Positions 1 to 9,267 of a DNA stretch of 64,000 nt are shown here, in pieces. The position numbers and the translations under genes were made by a program. The first letter of the stretch is position 1, and every line of letters starts with the position of its first letter. The notes beneath the pieces were generated by a model. The model saw nothing but the letters and a program-made list of their open reading frames with translations, did no database searches and had not been told where the DNA came from. The stretch lies in contig MEVX01000003.1 in NCBI GenBank assembly GCA_001773135.1, forward strand, positions 172 to 64,171. The letters run 5' to 3'. Source of the DNA: a candidate division WWE3 bacterium RIFOXYB1_FULL_43_24. GTDB taxonomy: Bacteria; Patescibacteriota; WWE3; UBA101185; UBA10185.

Positions 1-1
1 G

Positions 2-1156
2 GCACGCACCTTGGATCTGGAAACTTTCGGTAAGTATGCCCTGTTATCCACGCTTCTTCTTACTATTTCTAAAATCGTGGATTTCGGCGCAAATTCGGTT
101 TACGTTGCAAGATCTATAAAGGAACAAAATAGCAGCCTTTCCAACACACTCTTCACGTTAAAAGTAATTCAATTTTTAGTCTCGGTTCCTATTTCGTTAA
201 TCAGCTTAAAGTTATTAAATATTTTTGACGGGACAATTGCCACGTTGTTTATACTCGGAATTCTTGCCTACACGATGAACTACCTTTTCTATGCTTACTT
301 TCAACGCGCAGAAAAATATGCCGGGATGGTTCTTTTAAATACAGTCCCTCAGTTGATTAAAGGTGTTTTTGCTTTTCTATTTTTCGCGGCTACTGTAACA
401 CCCAGCCTTCACCTAGCTTTTGGAATTTTTTCGCTGTCTATTTTCGCCGGAGTAGTTTTATATTTCTTTTTACCCGCGGAGAACAAAAAGTTTATTTTCG
501 ATTTCCGCGGAGTCCGTGAACTTTTTAAGGAATCTTCACCGGCAGGTATTTCACAGATAGTTTATGAAAGCTGGGGGACCCTTAACAACGCGATCGCAAA
601 ATTTACAAAGGGTTTCGGCGACGTAGGAATACTATCGTTAGCAAACAAAATCTCGAATCTATTTTCCCTGGCATCACTTTCTATTTTTGCTGTTCTTTTG
701 CCGAAAAATGCCACACGCAAACTGACCGGAAAAAAATATGATTATCAGGAAACCGCACTTATAGCGGGTGGAATTATTGCCTTGGCGGTTGTGGCAATAG
801 CAGGTTCCGAGCTTTTTATTACAACCATATTCGGGGAGAAGTTTTCAGGGTCGGTAAAGCTCCTGGATATTTTAATTCTCGCCGCGGCAGTTTCGGCCAT
901 TCACACTTTCATAGAGAATCTTTTCTTCGTTGAGAGTAAGACCGGGTACATTATCGCCGCAACTGTCATAAAACTTTCTACGTACGGATTAACCGCCTTA
1001 ATTTTAGTACCGAAATTATCTTTATATGGAATTGCCTGGTCCAACCTAGTCTCTGCTATAGCGGGGCTAATAACGGCGCTCTATTTTATCTCCCGCTTTA
1101 AGGATTTACCACATCAGGAGCTGCAACCTGAGCATCATATTTCTTCTGAGATATAA
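2..1156 (+). CDS. Wzx-like oligosaccharide flippase (5' end outside window)
   Basis: Open frame from base 2 (ARTLDLETFGKY, typical Wzx ARxLxxExFGxY motif), DFG motif, many hydrophobic segments, C-terminal LxGIAW motif. Confidence 0.8.
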   Translation, partial: ARTLDLETFGKYALLSTLLLTISKIVDFGANSVYVARSIKEQNSSLSNTLFTLKVIQFLVSVPISLISLKLLNIFDGTIATLFILGILAYTMNYLFYAYFQRAEKYAGMVLLNTVPQLIKGVFAFLFFAATVTPSLHLAFGIFSLSIFAGVVLYFFLPAENKKFIFDFRGVRELFKESSPAGISQIVYESWGTLNNAIAKFTKGFGDVGILSLANKISNLFSLASLSIFAVLLPKNATRKLTGKKYDYQETALIAGGIIALAVVAIAGSELFITTIFGEKFSGSVKLLDILILAAAVSAIHTFIENLFFVESKTGYIIAATVIKLSTYGLTALILVPKLSLYGIAWSNLVSAIAGLITALYFISRFKDLPHQELQPEHHISSEI

Positions 1157-3959
1157 AGTACCAAAGTACCCAGTCACCTCGCTCCTCAACAACAACCGGA
1201 TTGTAATTAAATCCGGCGACATTCTCGCTAAATCTTCCCTTTTTTGTAAGGAGAATAGTAGGCTTCTCGTACACAGGTATAGGTACGCGGTCGATCCTAT
1301 CCGCCCTAAAGTCCAGTATCTCAAACGGACCGTCGGTATAGTACACCGCAAGAGGAATGTCCATGCGGTCGATGTAAATTTTGGCATCTGTACCGAAGGT
1401 TTTATCCTTTAATACCAAAAGTTCGGCTTCAGCCCCCGTAAGATCTGACGTGTAGACCATGTCGCGGTAATAAAAAAGATACGCCAAAGATACAGCCACT
1501 ATTAAAAAGACGGCCGAGAGCTTGAACCAGAGCTTATCAAATTTCCTGAACCGTCCCATAAAATATCTAAGAAAACGGTCGATAAAAGAACCGACTATCA
1601 AAGCAAGTGGGGGATACAGCGGAATTACATACCACACAAGTTTGGATTTGGCGGTAGAGAAGAATAAAAATACAAACAAAGCCCAGATAAGTAAAAATGC
1701 ATAAACCCTTCTTTTTTTGAATACTTTATAAATTGCCGCGGGAAAGGCAGCTAATAAAACAATAAACCAGAGACGCATGCTGACCTTCAAAACTATCAGG
1801 TACCAGTAAAAAGGTCTTCCTTTATCTTCAATGGCTGTGGTAGCTCTATCCCAAACATGATAGCCTAGGTATTGGTTCAAAAATGCTATACCGAACGTTT
1901 TGAGCGTATAAAGATGCCACGGCAAAGCTATAACAGCCCAGCCTAATAACATAAATAAAAACGGTTTAAGTGCTTTAACCGACAACTTCGTCTGTTTTGT
2001 TAATAAAAGGTACAGCTCGCACAAAATGAGCACCGGAAATGGAATAAGCCCCACAACACCTTTTGTCATTACCGCAAACCCGGCAAACATCCCCGGGAAC
2101 AGCCACAAAAAAGTCTTTTTCTTTCCCCTTACAAAAATGTAGGAAAGGAGGGAAGCCGAGATGAAAAAAGTTACGGTCACATCCGTCATAGCAGCGCGTG
2201 AATAATATAAGTATTGGGTGGTTGTTAACAGTACTAGCGCGGATAAAAAGCCGGCTGTTTTGTTAAACATTTTTTTGCCGGCGAAATAAACCATCATCAC
2301 TATTAGAAATCCCATAATTGCGCTCGGGAACCTCGCGGCCAAAGGAATCACACCCATCACCGACATAAATCCGGACATCATCCACATGTATAAAGGAGGT
2401 TTTTCGTACCACACAGACGGGGGTCTCCATTCCTGAACAAGATACTCACCTGAAGTAACCATGTTCTTGGCAATTTTGGCATAAATTGCTTCGTCATAAG
2501 GAATTAGGTGATTTTTCCCAAGTCCCTGAAAGATGAGTACGCCTGCTAAAATACCCAAAACCAAAGGAACTATTTTCTCCGATCTGAAAAAGTATGAAAA
2601 GACGATACTTCTACCGTACTTTTCATAAACGGTGCCCGCACCCCACGCGGCAATAAAAGAAAATATTATCCAAAAAAATTCCGAATTATAAGAATAAAAA
2701 ATTCCCGCTGTGAGCCATCCGATAATTGTTGAAAAAAATACAGCACTAATTAAAAATTCTTTCTTTTTTTGTAATTTCAAAGCTCCATATAAAAGTGCGG
2801 CGAGCATGGCAAAAGCAAATACGGTAAATGTCGTTAATCCTAAGATACCAGTCTCTGCTATCAGCTCACCCCAGATTGTGTGAGCAGGAACTCTTGTGTT
2901 TAAAGCGGCGGGATCACGGCTAAAGTACGTAGGAGCTATTTTCGTGCTACTAAAATGTTCGAAAAATGACCCGTACCCTCCCCCGATCAAAGGGTACTCC
3001 TCAAATATCTGTGTTGCTCCGGTCAAAAGCATGAAGTGCGAGTCAAACGAATCCATTCTGTAATGAAAATATTGCTTAATGCGCGCTCTAAAAGGACTTG
3101 ATTTTATGCTGTATTCCCTTAAAAAGGGTACTGAGATCACGGCAAGAGCTACAAATAGATACAAAACGCCTTTTGACCCGATCTTCCTGAAAAGAAGCGT
3201 GGAGATGAATACTAAAAACGTAACTCCCGCCATAATCCAGGCTGTGCGGCTGTTAGTAAGTAAAAGCGCCGCAAGCATTGAGATAAACATCAGAACATCA
3301 ACTGCCCTACCTTTTAAGCTTTTTCCGGTTATTATTAAAACGCCTAACAAAGGTAACAAGGCTGACAGTAGCGCCCCGTAATGATTCACGTCCCAAAAAG
3401 TCGAACCGACCCGGGGCAAGTTTCCCGGAATATTCCACAACGCCCCGATTATTACGCCTTTAGTTTGATACAACCAAAACTGAAACCATCCGAACAACGT
3501 AAGCGTGAACGCCGTGTAAATATAAAAGCGGAGATATTTTACTATTTGGTGAGCATTCTTCTTGTACGTAAAGTAAACCAGCAAAAAAGCAGCTACAGAA
3601 GTCGTAAAAAATCCCAGCAAAAATATAGAGGATTGAATATTTTTCGAATTTATTAACGATATTAAACGCACAATCCATAACAGTACGAGAGAAACCACAA
3701 TCGGATCTTTTAGTTTTTCGAAAAGTGCGGGAAAATTTCTTTCTTTAATTAACCACATTACGGCACGCGTCAAAACCGCGGCAAGAAGTGCGAGCATAAA
3801 AGCTCGGATGGGCATCAAGTCCCATCTATAAAAGCTAAAAAGTTCTTTGTGAAGAAGGACGGAAAGTAAAATAAGAATATACACCGCAAAATTTAGGTTA
3901 CGGAGTATTAGTATGTACGACAGGATGCAAATTGTTGCTATTACTACGATTTCTGCCAT
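1098..3959 (-). CDS. Fusion protein: N-terminal O-antigen ligase/polymerase-like domain plus C-terminal ArnT/PMT-like GT-C glycosyltransferase
   Basis: 953 aa. N-half has RVGSTFWDVNHY, TNSRTAW, GGGYGSF, AHTIWGELIAETGILG (WaaL/Wzy_C-like). C-half has DEAIYAKIAKNM, YEKPPLYMW, ARFPSA, MTKG (ArnT-like). Confidence 0.75.
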   Translation of the reverse strand: MAEIVVIATICILSYILILRNLNFAVYILILLSVLLHKELFSFYRWDLMPIRAFMLALLAAVLTRAVMWLIKERNFPALFEKLKDPIVVSLVLLWIVRLISLINSKNIQSSIFLLGFFTTSVAAFLLVYFTYKKNAHQIVKYLRFYIYTAFTLTLFGWFQFWLYQTKGVIIGALWNIPGNLPRVGSTFWDVNHYGALLSALLPLLGVLIITGKSLKGRAVDVLMFISMLAALLLTNSRTAWIMAGVTFLVFISTLLFRKIGSKGVLYLFVALAVISVPFLREYSIKSSPFRARIKQYFHYRMDSFDSHFMLLTGATQIFEEYPLIGGGYGSFFEHFSSTKIAPTYFSRDPAALNTRVPAHTIWGELIAETGILGLTTFTVFAFAMLAALLYGALKLQKKKEFLISAVFFSTIIGWLTAGIFYSYNSEFFWIIFSFIAAWGAGTVYEKYGRSIVFSYFFRSEKIVPLVLGILAGVLIFQGLGKNHLIPYDEAIYAKIAKNMVTSGEYLVQEWRPPSVWYEKPPLYMWMMSGFMSVMGVIPLAARFPSAIMGFLIVMMVYFAGKKMFNKTAGFLSALVLLTTTQYLYYSRAAMTDVTVTFFISASLLSYIFVRGKKKTFLWLFPGMFAGFAVMTKGVVGLIPFPVLILCELYLLLTKQTKLSVKALKPFLFMLLGWAVIALPWHLYTLKTFGIAFLNQYLGYHVWDRATTAIEDKGRPFYWYLIVLKVSMRLWFIVLLAAFPAAIYKVFKKRRVYAFLLIWALFVFLFFSTAKSKLVWYVIPLYPPLALIVGSFIDRFLRYFMGRFRKFDKLWFKLSAVFLIVAVSLAYLFYYRDMVYTSDLTGAEAELLVLKDKTFGTDAKIYIDRMDIPLAVYYTDGPFEILDFRADRIDRVPIPVYEKPTILLTKKGRFSENVAGFNYNPVVVEERGDWVLWYFISQKKYDAQVAAPDVVNP

Positions 3960-5092
3960 TTAGTTAGAACTTCCTGATAAACCTCAAGTGTTTTAGCTGC
4001 AGCTTTTTCCCAAGTATATTCCTTCCTTAACTCGTCGGCAATTTGAGGTCTCGGGGCTTTAAGCTGGGTTTTTATTGCATCGGCAATCGAGTCGACGTTT
4101 CCCGGGTCGCAATAAGAAGCATGGTCTTTAAGGTATTCGCGGGCTCTTTCACCTGAGGCCACGGCGTTTGCTCCGCAAAAGAGGGCTTCCAGACTGGTCA
4201 GGCCGGTTGTTTCGAACCAGCTTGCGCTAACCCCAACTTTAGCGTTTCTATAATAATCCGGCATCTCCTGGTAAGGAACTTTCTCTACGTGATGAATCCA
4301 CGGGCTCATAGCTTTTTTCTCATTAAACATTCTGCCGTATTCAAAGTGTTTTAATCCGGTCGAAACACCTATGAGAACTAACTGCAGATCTTCACCCACT
4401 TCACTGCGCAACTTTTCAACAGCAGAAATTATATTCAACTGATTTTTTCTGGGCTCTATACGTCCGACACAGATAATATAATCTTTCAAATTAAGGGGGT
4501 TCGTTTCGTCAGTCCCGGCGCCCTGTTCAATAAAGTTTCTGCTTACGCCGTTCGGAACTTTTACAGCGTCTATCTTTACACCGAATGTTTTTTCCAAATC
4601 TTTTGTCTCCAGGTCCGTCTGTACCAAAACCTTTTCCGACATTTCTAAAACTTCTTTTTGCATTTTTTGAAACCCGTGCGTAATGCTCACAAGCGTAGGT
4701 TTAATTTTTTTAGGGTCGGTTAATGATCTGTAAACATTTTTAAAAGTGTCGCGATGGAACTGGTTGCTGAAAAGAACTTTGGAAAGTCTTCGGAAGTCGA
4801 ACACGTACTCGTCATCAAATCTCTTCACCTCTTCTATGCTGTGATGTATGGGAGATAAAATTATGGGTTTTGCTGCGTCGTGTGCTTTCCGGGCGTATAA
4901 ATAGGTTTCGGGCGTCCAGTCCAGTTGAAATATATGGATGACATCGTAATTTTGAGGGATAAAATCCTCATCCGTCCTGATTTCAACATCGGCGCCCAGA
5001 GCTCTTAATTCACGGGCGGTGTTCTCTATCTGTACTTTGTCCCCGCCACCGTGTTCCATCAAGTGGTATCTCCCGAGCATTAATATTTTCAT
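3944..5092 (-). CDS. GT4 family glycosyltransferase
   Basis: GGD near N-terminus, VPNGV, VGRIEPRKN, ETTGLTSLEA (Ex7E motif). Confidence 0.9.
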   Translation of the reverse strand: MKILMLGRYHLMEHGGGDKVQIENTARELRALGADVEIRTDEDFIPQNYDVIHIFQLDWTPETYLYARKAHDAAKPIILSPIHHSIEEVKRFDDEYVFDFRRLSKVLFSNQFHRDTFKNVYRSLTDPKKIKPTLVSITHGFQKMQKEVLEMSEKVLVQTDLETKDLEKTFGVKIDAVKVPNGVSRNFIEQGAGTDETNPLNLKDYIICVGRIEPRKNQLNIISAVEKLRSEVGEDLQLVLIGVSTGLKHFEYGRMFNEKKAMSPWIHHVEKVPYQEMPDYYRNAKVGVSASWFETTGLTSLEALFCGANAVASGERAREYLKDHASYCDPGNVDSIADAIKTQLKAPRPQIADELRKEYTWEKAAAKTLEVYQEVLTKWQKS

Positions 5093-6237
5093 TTTTTCTT
5101 TAGTAGCCTTTCGTAAAGAGAGACATAACTATTTGTAAAAGCTTTTATCGTGTAAAGTTCTGTGACTCTTTGCTTACCTTGCAGATGAGGAATGTTTTCG
5201 TTATTAACATACTTTTCATAAGCTTCTATCATTTTTTCGGCGAGGTCTGACGAGTCGCCTGCGCGAAAATATGTCACGGTGTCTCCCGCAACTTCTTTTA
5301 GTACCTCAAGGTCAGAGCATATAACAGGGAGTTCCGAATACATTGCCTCGATTAAGACTAGCCCGAAACCTTCGGCCAGTGTCGGGAACACAAAAAAGTC
5401 AAATGCCGAATAATACTTCACTAAATCCTCAGGAGGAAATTCCCCGGTAAAAATAACTTTATCCGCTATTCCTTTTGTGGCTGCTAGTTTCCTTATCTCA
5501 TCTTCGGACTCGCCACCTCCGGCGATAAACAGCATGAAGTCTTTAGAATGATACATGTCGGTGCCTAAGAATTTTTTGTACGCGTCTAAAAGAATATCGT
5601 GACCCTTTTCTCTGGAAATCCTACCCAAATTTCCGAATACGAAAGCGTTTTTATTTATTCCGTATCTTTTTCTGATCTCTTCTTCGTAGTCTGTTCTGGT
5701 GATTTGAGAAATAGTGAGTTTAGTTATGTCCAGACCGTTCGGGATAACAACAATCTTGTCTTTTTTTATACCCTCTTTTATTTTGACTTTCTTTTTTGAC
5801 TCCGTCAGGGCAATCTCCGCGTCGGAAAAACGATTAACAATAAAACTATAGAACAAAGAGTCTATTTTCCGTCTGGTCGGGCTTATTTTCCATTCTGAGA
5901 TAGGTGTGTGGACGTGTGTTATTTTGACCGGAGTGTGAGCGTTTCTGGCCGCAGCAAGAGCATTAGCTGCTGCCTTTAGTTCGTGTGCGTGAATTACATC
6001 AATTTTATTATCTACCAAAAAGGTGGTCAGCTCTGAGATGTAAGGAGCATCAAAATCAGAGGATATACTTTTTCTTGTTACTTTCGCTCCGGCTTCTTCA
6101 TAAATATCCGCAGGTTTTCCGACAGGGCACCAAACATAAACGTCGTGCCCCTCCCCCAACATTCCCTTAATTAAGTCCAGAACGTGTTGTTCCATCCCTC
6201 CCTGTTTAGATGAATTGTGTGAGTAAAGTATTTTCAT
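5089..6237 (-). CDS. GT4 family glycosyltransferase
   Basis: GGMEQH, IPNGLD, GRISREKG, EGFGLVLIEAM. Confidence 0.92.
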   Translation of the reverse strand: MKILYSHNSSKQGGMEQHVLDLIKGMLGEGHDVYVWCPVGKPADIYEEAGAKVTRKSISSDFDAPYISELTTFLVDNKIDVIHAHELKAAANALAAARNAHTPVKITHVHTPISEWKISPTRRKIDSLFYSFIVNRFSDAEIALTESKKKVKIKEGIKKDKIVVIPNGLDITKLTISQITRTDYEEEIRKRYGINKNAFVFGNLGRISREKGHDILLDAYKKFLGTDMYHSKDFMLFIAGGGESEDEIRKLAATKGIADKVIFTGEFPPEDLVKYYSAFDFFVFPTLAEGFGLVLIEAMYSELPVICSDLEVLKEVAGDTVTYFRAGDSSDLAEKMIEAYEKYVNNENIPHLQGKQRVTELYTIKAFTNSYVSLYERLLKKK

Positions 6238-6238
6238 T

Positions 6239-7456
6239 TCACTTTTTAATAAGATCGCCGATTATTCTCAACATTCTCTCAACTTTTCCGTCCCAATCGT
6301 TACTCTTTGCTACTTTTTGTCTGGCGGCTCTTTTTTCCGCATCATCTTCTTCTAAAGCTTTTCTCACGAACTGAGAAAACTCATTATAACTTTTTGCAAT
6401 GTAACAAACATCTGCGAACGGAGCGTACGCCGGAAGATCGGTAACAATTGTGGGTAAACCTGCCGCCAACCCTTCATGAAATTTTACAGGAAAACATCCC
6501 CCAACAGTATAGTCATTAAGTCTGTAAGGTATTATGGTGGCGTCGAAAGCTGCCACATATTTATGTATCTCGGAAAATTGTTTGGTGCCGAGGAAGTAAA
6601 GATTTGGTAATCCGCCTAGCCCCAATTCCTCAAGAGACCCCTCCCTATCTTTTAGTGCAATGGGCCCTATGATAACGAATGAGTATTTCGGGTAGTCAGT
6701 CACGATCTTTTTCATAAGATCTTTATCAAACTTGTAATCATCAACTGCCCCGTAAAAACCAACGATGGGGTGCGGAACTGATTTTATATCTTCGGGAAAA
6801 ACTTTTATTTTTTCTTTTATTCCGAAAAACTTAGGGTAATCACCGACGTTGGGGGTGAAATAAACATTAGAATTAAATTTCTTAAGCTTCTCCACCAACC
6901 CCGGAGCCGTTGAAAAAACTACATTTGCTCTCATTGCGAGATTCTGTTCTTTTTTGTTGATAGCTTCTTTTTTCTCGGGAGTGTTGTATTTGGGGAATCC
7001 GGAATAATTATCAACGCAGTCGTAAACCAGAAAATCGTGCTCGATGTATTTTAAATAACTCTCAAGACCCGCGATTTCCACGTGATATACCCAAAGTATA
7101 GTTTCACGGTCGGGATTAAAAAAATTCTGAGTGACTTTTTGTATAGATTTGGCATGAAACTCCGCGTGCTTTTCGTGAACGGGGGAAAAATCCAAAGGTG
7201 AGTATACGACTACGTTTCCGGATCTTTGTTTTTTCGTGATAAATCTTGAAAGGTTCCATTTTCCCTGCAAAACCTGGCGTATAAACAAACGCCCGGTGTT
7301 AATAGGAGGATCAACGAACAACACATTATGCCCAAGCTTCTCCAGCCTTGTCATGACATGCTTTTTGTTCGTCCAGAGGGGATAATCCCATAGTTGGTTC
7401 GAAAGGCAGATTATGTTGTATTTTTCACCTTGCTGATGCATATCCGAATTCCGCAC
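6239..7456 (-). CDS. GT-B glycosyltransferase (TuaH-like); start may be ATG at 7441
   Basis: VYDCVD, PNVGD, GFYGAVD, FPVKFHEGLAAGLP motifs. Confidence 0.8.
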   Translation of the reverse strand: MRNSDMHQQGEKYNIICLSNQLWDYPLWTNKKHVMTRLEKLGHNVLFVDPPINTGRLFIRQVLQGKWNLSRFITKKQRSGNVVVYSPLDFSPVHEKHAEFHAKSIQKVTQNFFNPDRETILWVYHVEIAGLESYLKYIEHDFLVYDCVDNYSGFPKYNTPEKKEAINKKEQNLAMRANVVFSTAPGLVEKLKKFNSNVYFTPNVGDYPKFFGIKEKIKVFPEDIKSVPHPIVGFYGAVDDYKFDKDLMKKIVTDYPKYSFVIIGPIALKDREGSLEELGLGGLPNLYFLGTKQFSEIHKYVAAFDATIIPYRLNDYTVGGCFPVKFHEGLAAGLPTIVTDLPAYAPFADVCYIAKSYNEFSQFVRKALEEDDAEKRAARQKVAKSNDWDGKVERMLRIIGDLIKK

Positions 7457-7503
7457 AATATCCTATCACTATTAGATAATTCAGTCTAACAGACATTGAG
7501 GTC

Positions 7504-7532
7504 ATTTTAGCCTCTTTTTTTCCGACTATAAA
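7504..7532 (-). promoter_or_regulatory. Putative sigma70 promoter TTTATA-17-TAAAAT
   Basis: -10 at 7504-7509, -35 at 7527-7532, 17-nt spacer. Confidence 0.45.
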
Positions 7533-8899
7533 CACTTCGGGCACGCTGAAGCCATCAAACCAAGCTTAACCAGCACCCGTCTTATATCAAATAAAAATTC
7601 AGAGTCTTTTATAGACCAAAGCCACGAGGTGTTTTCGTAGCCTAGGTCGTAGGCGGCGTGCCATATCCCGTCAAAGAAAAGTAATCCGTAGATTTCGATG
7701 AACACAGACAGCCCAAATAGAATAAAAAATAGTTTTTTAGTTTTTTCAAAAGCCGCGGAATTAATGTAGGGAACCATTAAAAAAATAAAATAAGGTAGGA
7801 CGTCGCTCGACATTCTATACCCGAACGACCAGCCTCCGTACCAATGCTTCCACAAACTTATAACGAGGGTATGCAGAAGGATTATCAGAGCGAACACTTT
7901 ATATAACCCGATCTTTTCAATTTTTCCTTTGACTGCCAGGTAGAAACCGTAGATTGAAAAAAACAATACAGGTGAAAAAATTAAAATTCCTTTACTGGGT
8001 GAAAGCCACACGCCCAAAAAACTTATAGGAAAAGGCGAGAGCCACGAACGGAAAAGCTGGTCCGAGTATCCCTGGTTCTGAATGTCATAGTAATAAACCG
8101 AGTTGTACCAAAGGAAAAATGATGCCGCGACAATCAAACCAGAAGTAAAGGTTATGGCAGATTTAAATAAGTTATCACTTTTATGAATATTAGTGAAAAT
8201 TAGGTATAACTCTATCAATAAAATGGGTAAGCCGGCGGTCGGTCTGGAAAGAAAAGCGAACCCGAAAAACAAACCGGACAATAGCATATTCATATACGCG
8301 GAGTGGTCTTTTTGATGTTTAAGAAAAAAGTAGATACCTAAAATTGACAGGAGCTGCAGCGCACCGTGCTGCCACATCGCTTGCGAAACCATCGCAAAGT
8401 TTACCGTGGCAAATAAGTATACCGCCGTAAGAATTGTAGATTTCTTTTCTTCCAGTCCGAATCCTTCGCGGAGAGTTTTAAACAGAAACAACCCCGCCAA
8501 CGCCATTATCAAGGCACCTGACAAATGATTTAACAATGCCAGGTTGTCCCATGTAATAGGCATTCCCAGGGCGAGTGGCAGTGCAAAAACCGGAACTGAC
8601 AAAATAGGAGTAATGATGGGGAATGCCGTAATATAACGATCCCCTACTTTTCTTAAATAAAACGGGGTCAGGTCTTTTTGAAAATCTTTGTCGTCGGGGT
8701 GCGGATACCTGTCTCTCATCATCACATAGTATTTGTCGAGATATAACGTGCGGTCTTTAATAATTGAGACGGTTGTGAAAATAGAAGGCACTGTATCTTC
8801 ACTTTGAATTATGAGCGAATTAACATTGCGAAAGCCGGGGATTATAAAAGGAACAAAAAATACCGCGAGGGAAATTAAAAATATTTTTAACTGAGACAT
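7526..8899 (-). CDS. GT-C-like polytopic membrane glycosyltransferase
   Basis: 457 aa, acidic ED after first TM helix, many TM helices, LSRP and WxGGWSFGYR motifs. Confidence 0.6.
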   Translation of the reverse strand: MSQLKIFLISLAVFFVPFIIPGFRNVNSLIIQSEDTVPSIFTTVSIIKDRTLYLDKYYVMMRDRYPHPDDKDFQKDLTPFYLRKVGDRYITAFPIITPILSVPVFALPLALGMPITWDNLALLNHLSGALIMALAGLFLFKTLREGFGLEEKKSTILTAVYLFATVNFAMVSQAMWQHGALQLLSILGIYFFLKHQKDHSAYMNMLLSGLFFGFAFLSRPTAGLPILLIELYLIFTNIHKSDNLFKSAITFTSGLIVAASFFLWYNSVYYYDIQNQGYSDQLFRSWLSPFPISFLGVWLSPSKGILIFSPVLFFSIYGFYLAVKGKIEKIGLYKVFALIILLHTLVISLWKHWYGGWSFGYRMSSDVLPYFIFLMVPYINSAAFEKTKKLFFILFGLSVFIEIYGLLFFDGIWHAAYDLGYENTSWLWSIKDSEFLFDIRRVLVKLGLMASACPKCL

Positions 8900-8937
8900 T
8901 GTAGTTTCATTATATAGCAGGAAAGAAGTAAAGAAAT

Positions 8938-8969
8938 GGGGCTAAAAGGATAAAGAAACTTTTAGCCCC
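8938..8969 (-). terminator. Intrinsic terminator of the small minus-strand cassette
   Basis: Perfect 11-bp stem GGGGCTAAAAG/CTTTTAGCCCC followed on the minus strand by ATTTCTTT. Confidence 0.7.
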
Positions 8970-9023
8970 GGGTGCTACGGTGTGGGGAGGAGAGGAACCA
9001 TTCCCGTAGCGGATGTAATCTTT

Positions 9024-9206
9024 TTACAGTCCGGGAAGTTTGGGTTGTTCTTTCCGGATTTTCTGCTGGCGTACATATGTTCCCTTTCTGATACAGTGAC
9101 CATCAAGGTGATAACGGACTTCCCCGATCGTAAGTGTCCCGGAAAGGTGCTTGCCACAATTAGGACACACATCAGGGATAACGTTAAACTGCTTTCTATC
9201 GCCCAT
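9024..9206 (-). CDS. 60-aa small protein with CxxC...H...HC putative zinc site and basic tail
   Basis: GGAG (9214-9217) 7 nt before ATG, own promoter upstream, terminator downstream; MGDRKQFNVIPDVCPNCGKH...YHLDGHC...QPKLPGL. Confidence 0.65.
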   Translation of the reverse strand: MGDRKQFNVIPDVCPNCGKHLSGTLTIGEVRYHLDGHCIRKGTYVRQQKIRKEQPKLPGL

Positions 9207-9237
9207 CACTCTACTCCAGTCTTTCTAAGATTCCTGA

Positions 9238-9266
9238 ATACTAACATACTGCGGGGGTTGTATCAA
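9238..9266 (-). promoter_or_regulatory. Sigma70 promoter TTGATA-17-TAGTAT with extended -10 TG
   Basis: -35 at 9261-9266, -10 at 9238-9243, exact 17-nt spacer. Confidence 0.65.
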
Positions 9267-9267
9267 A

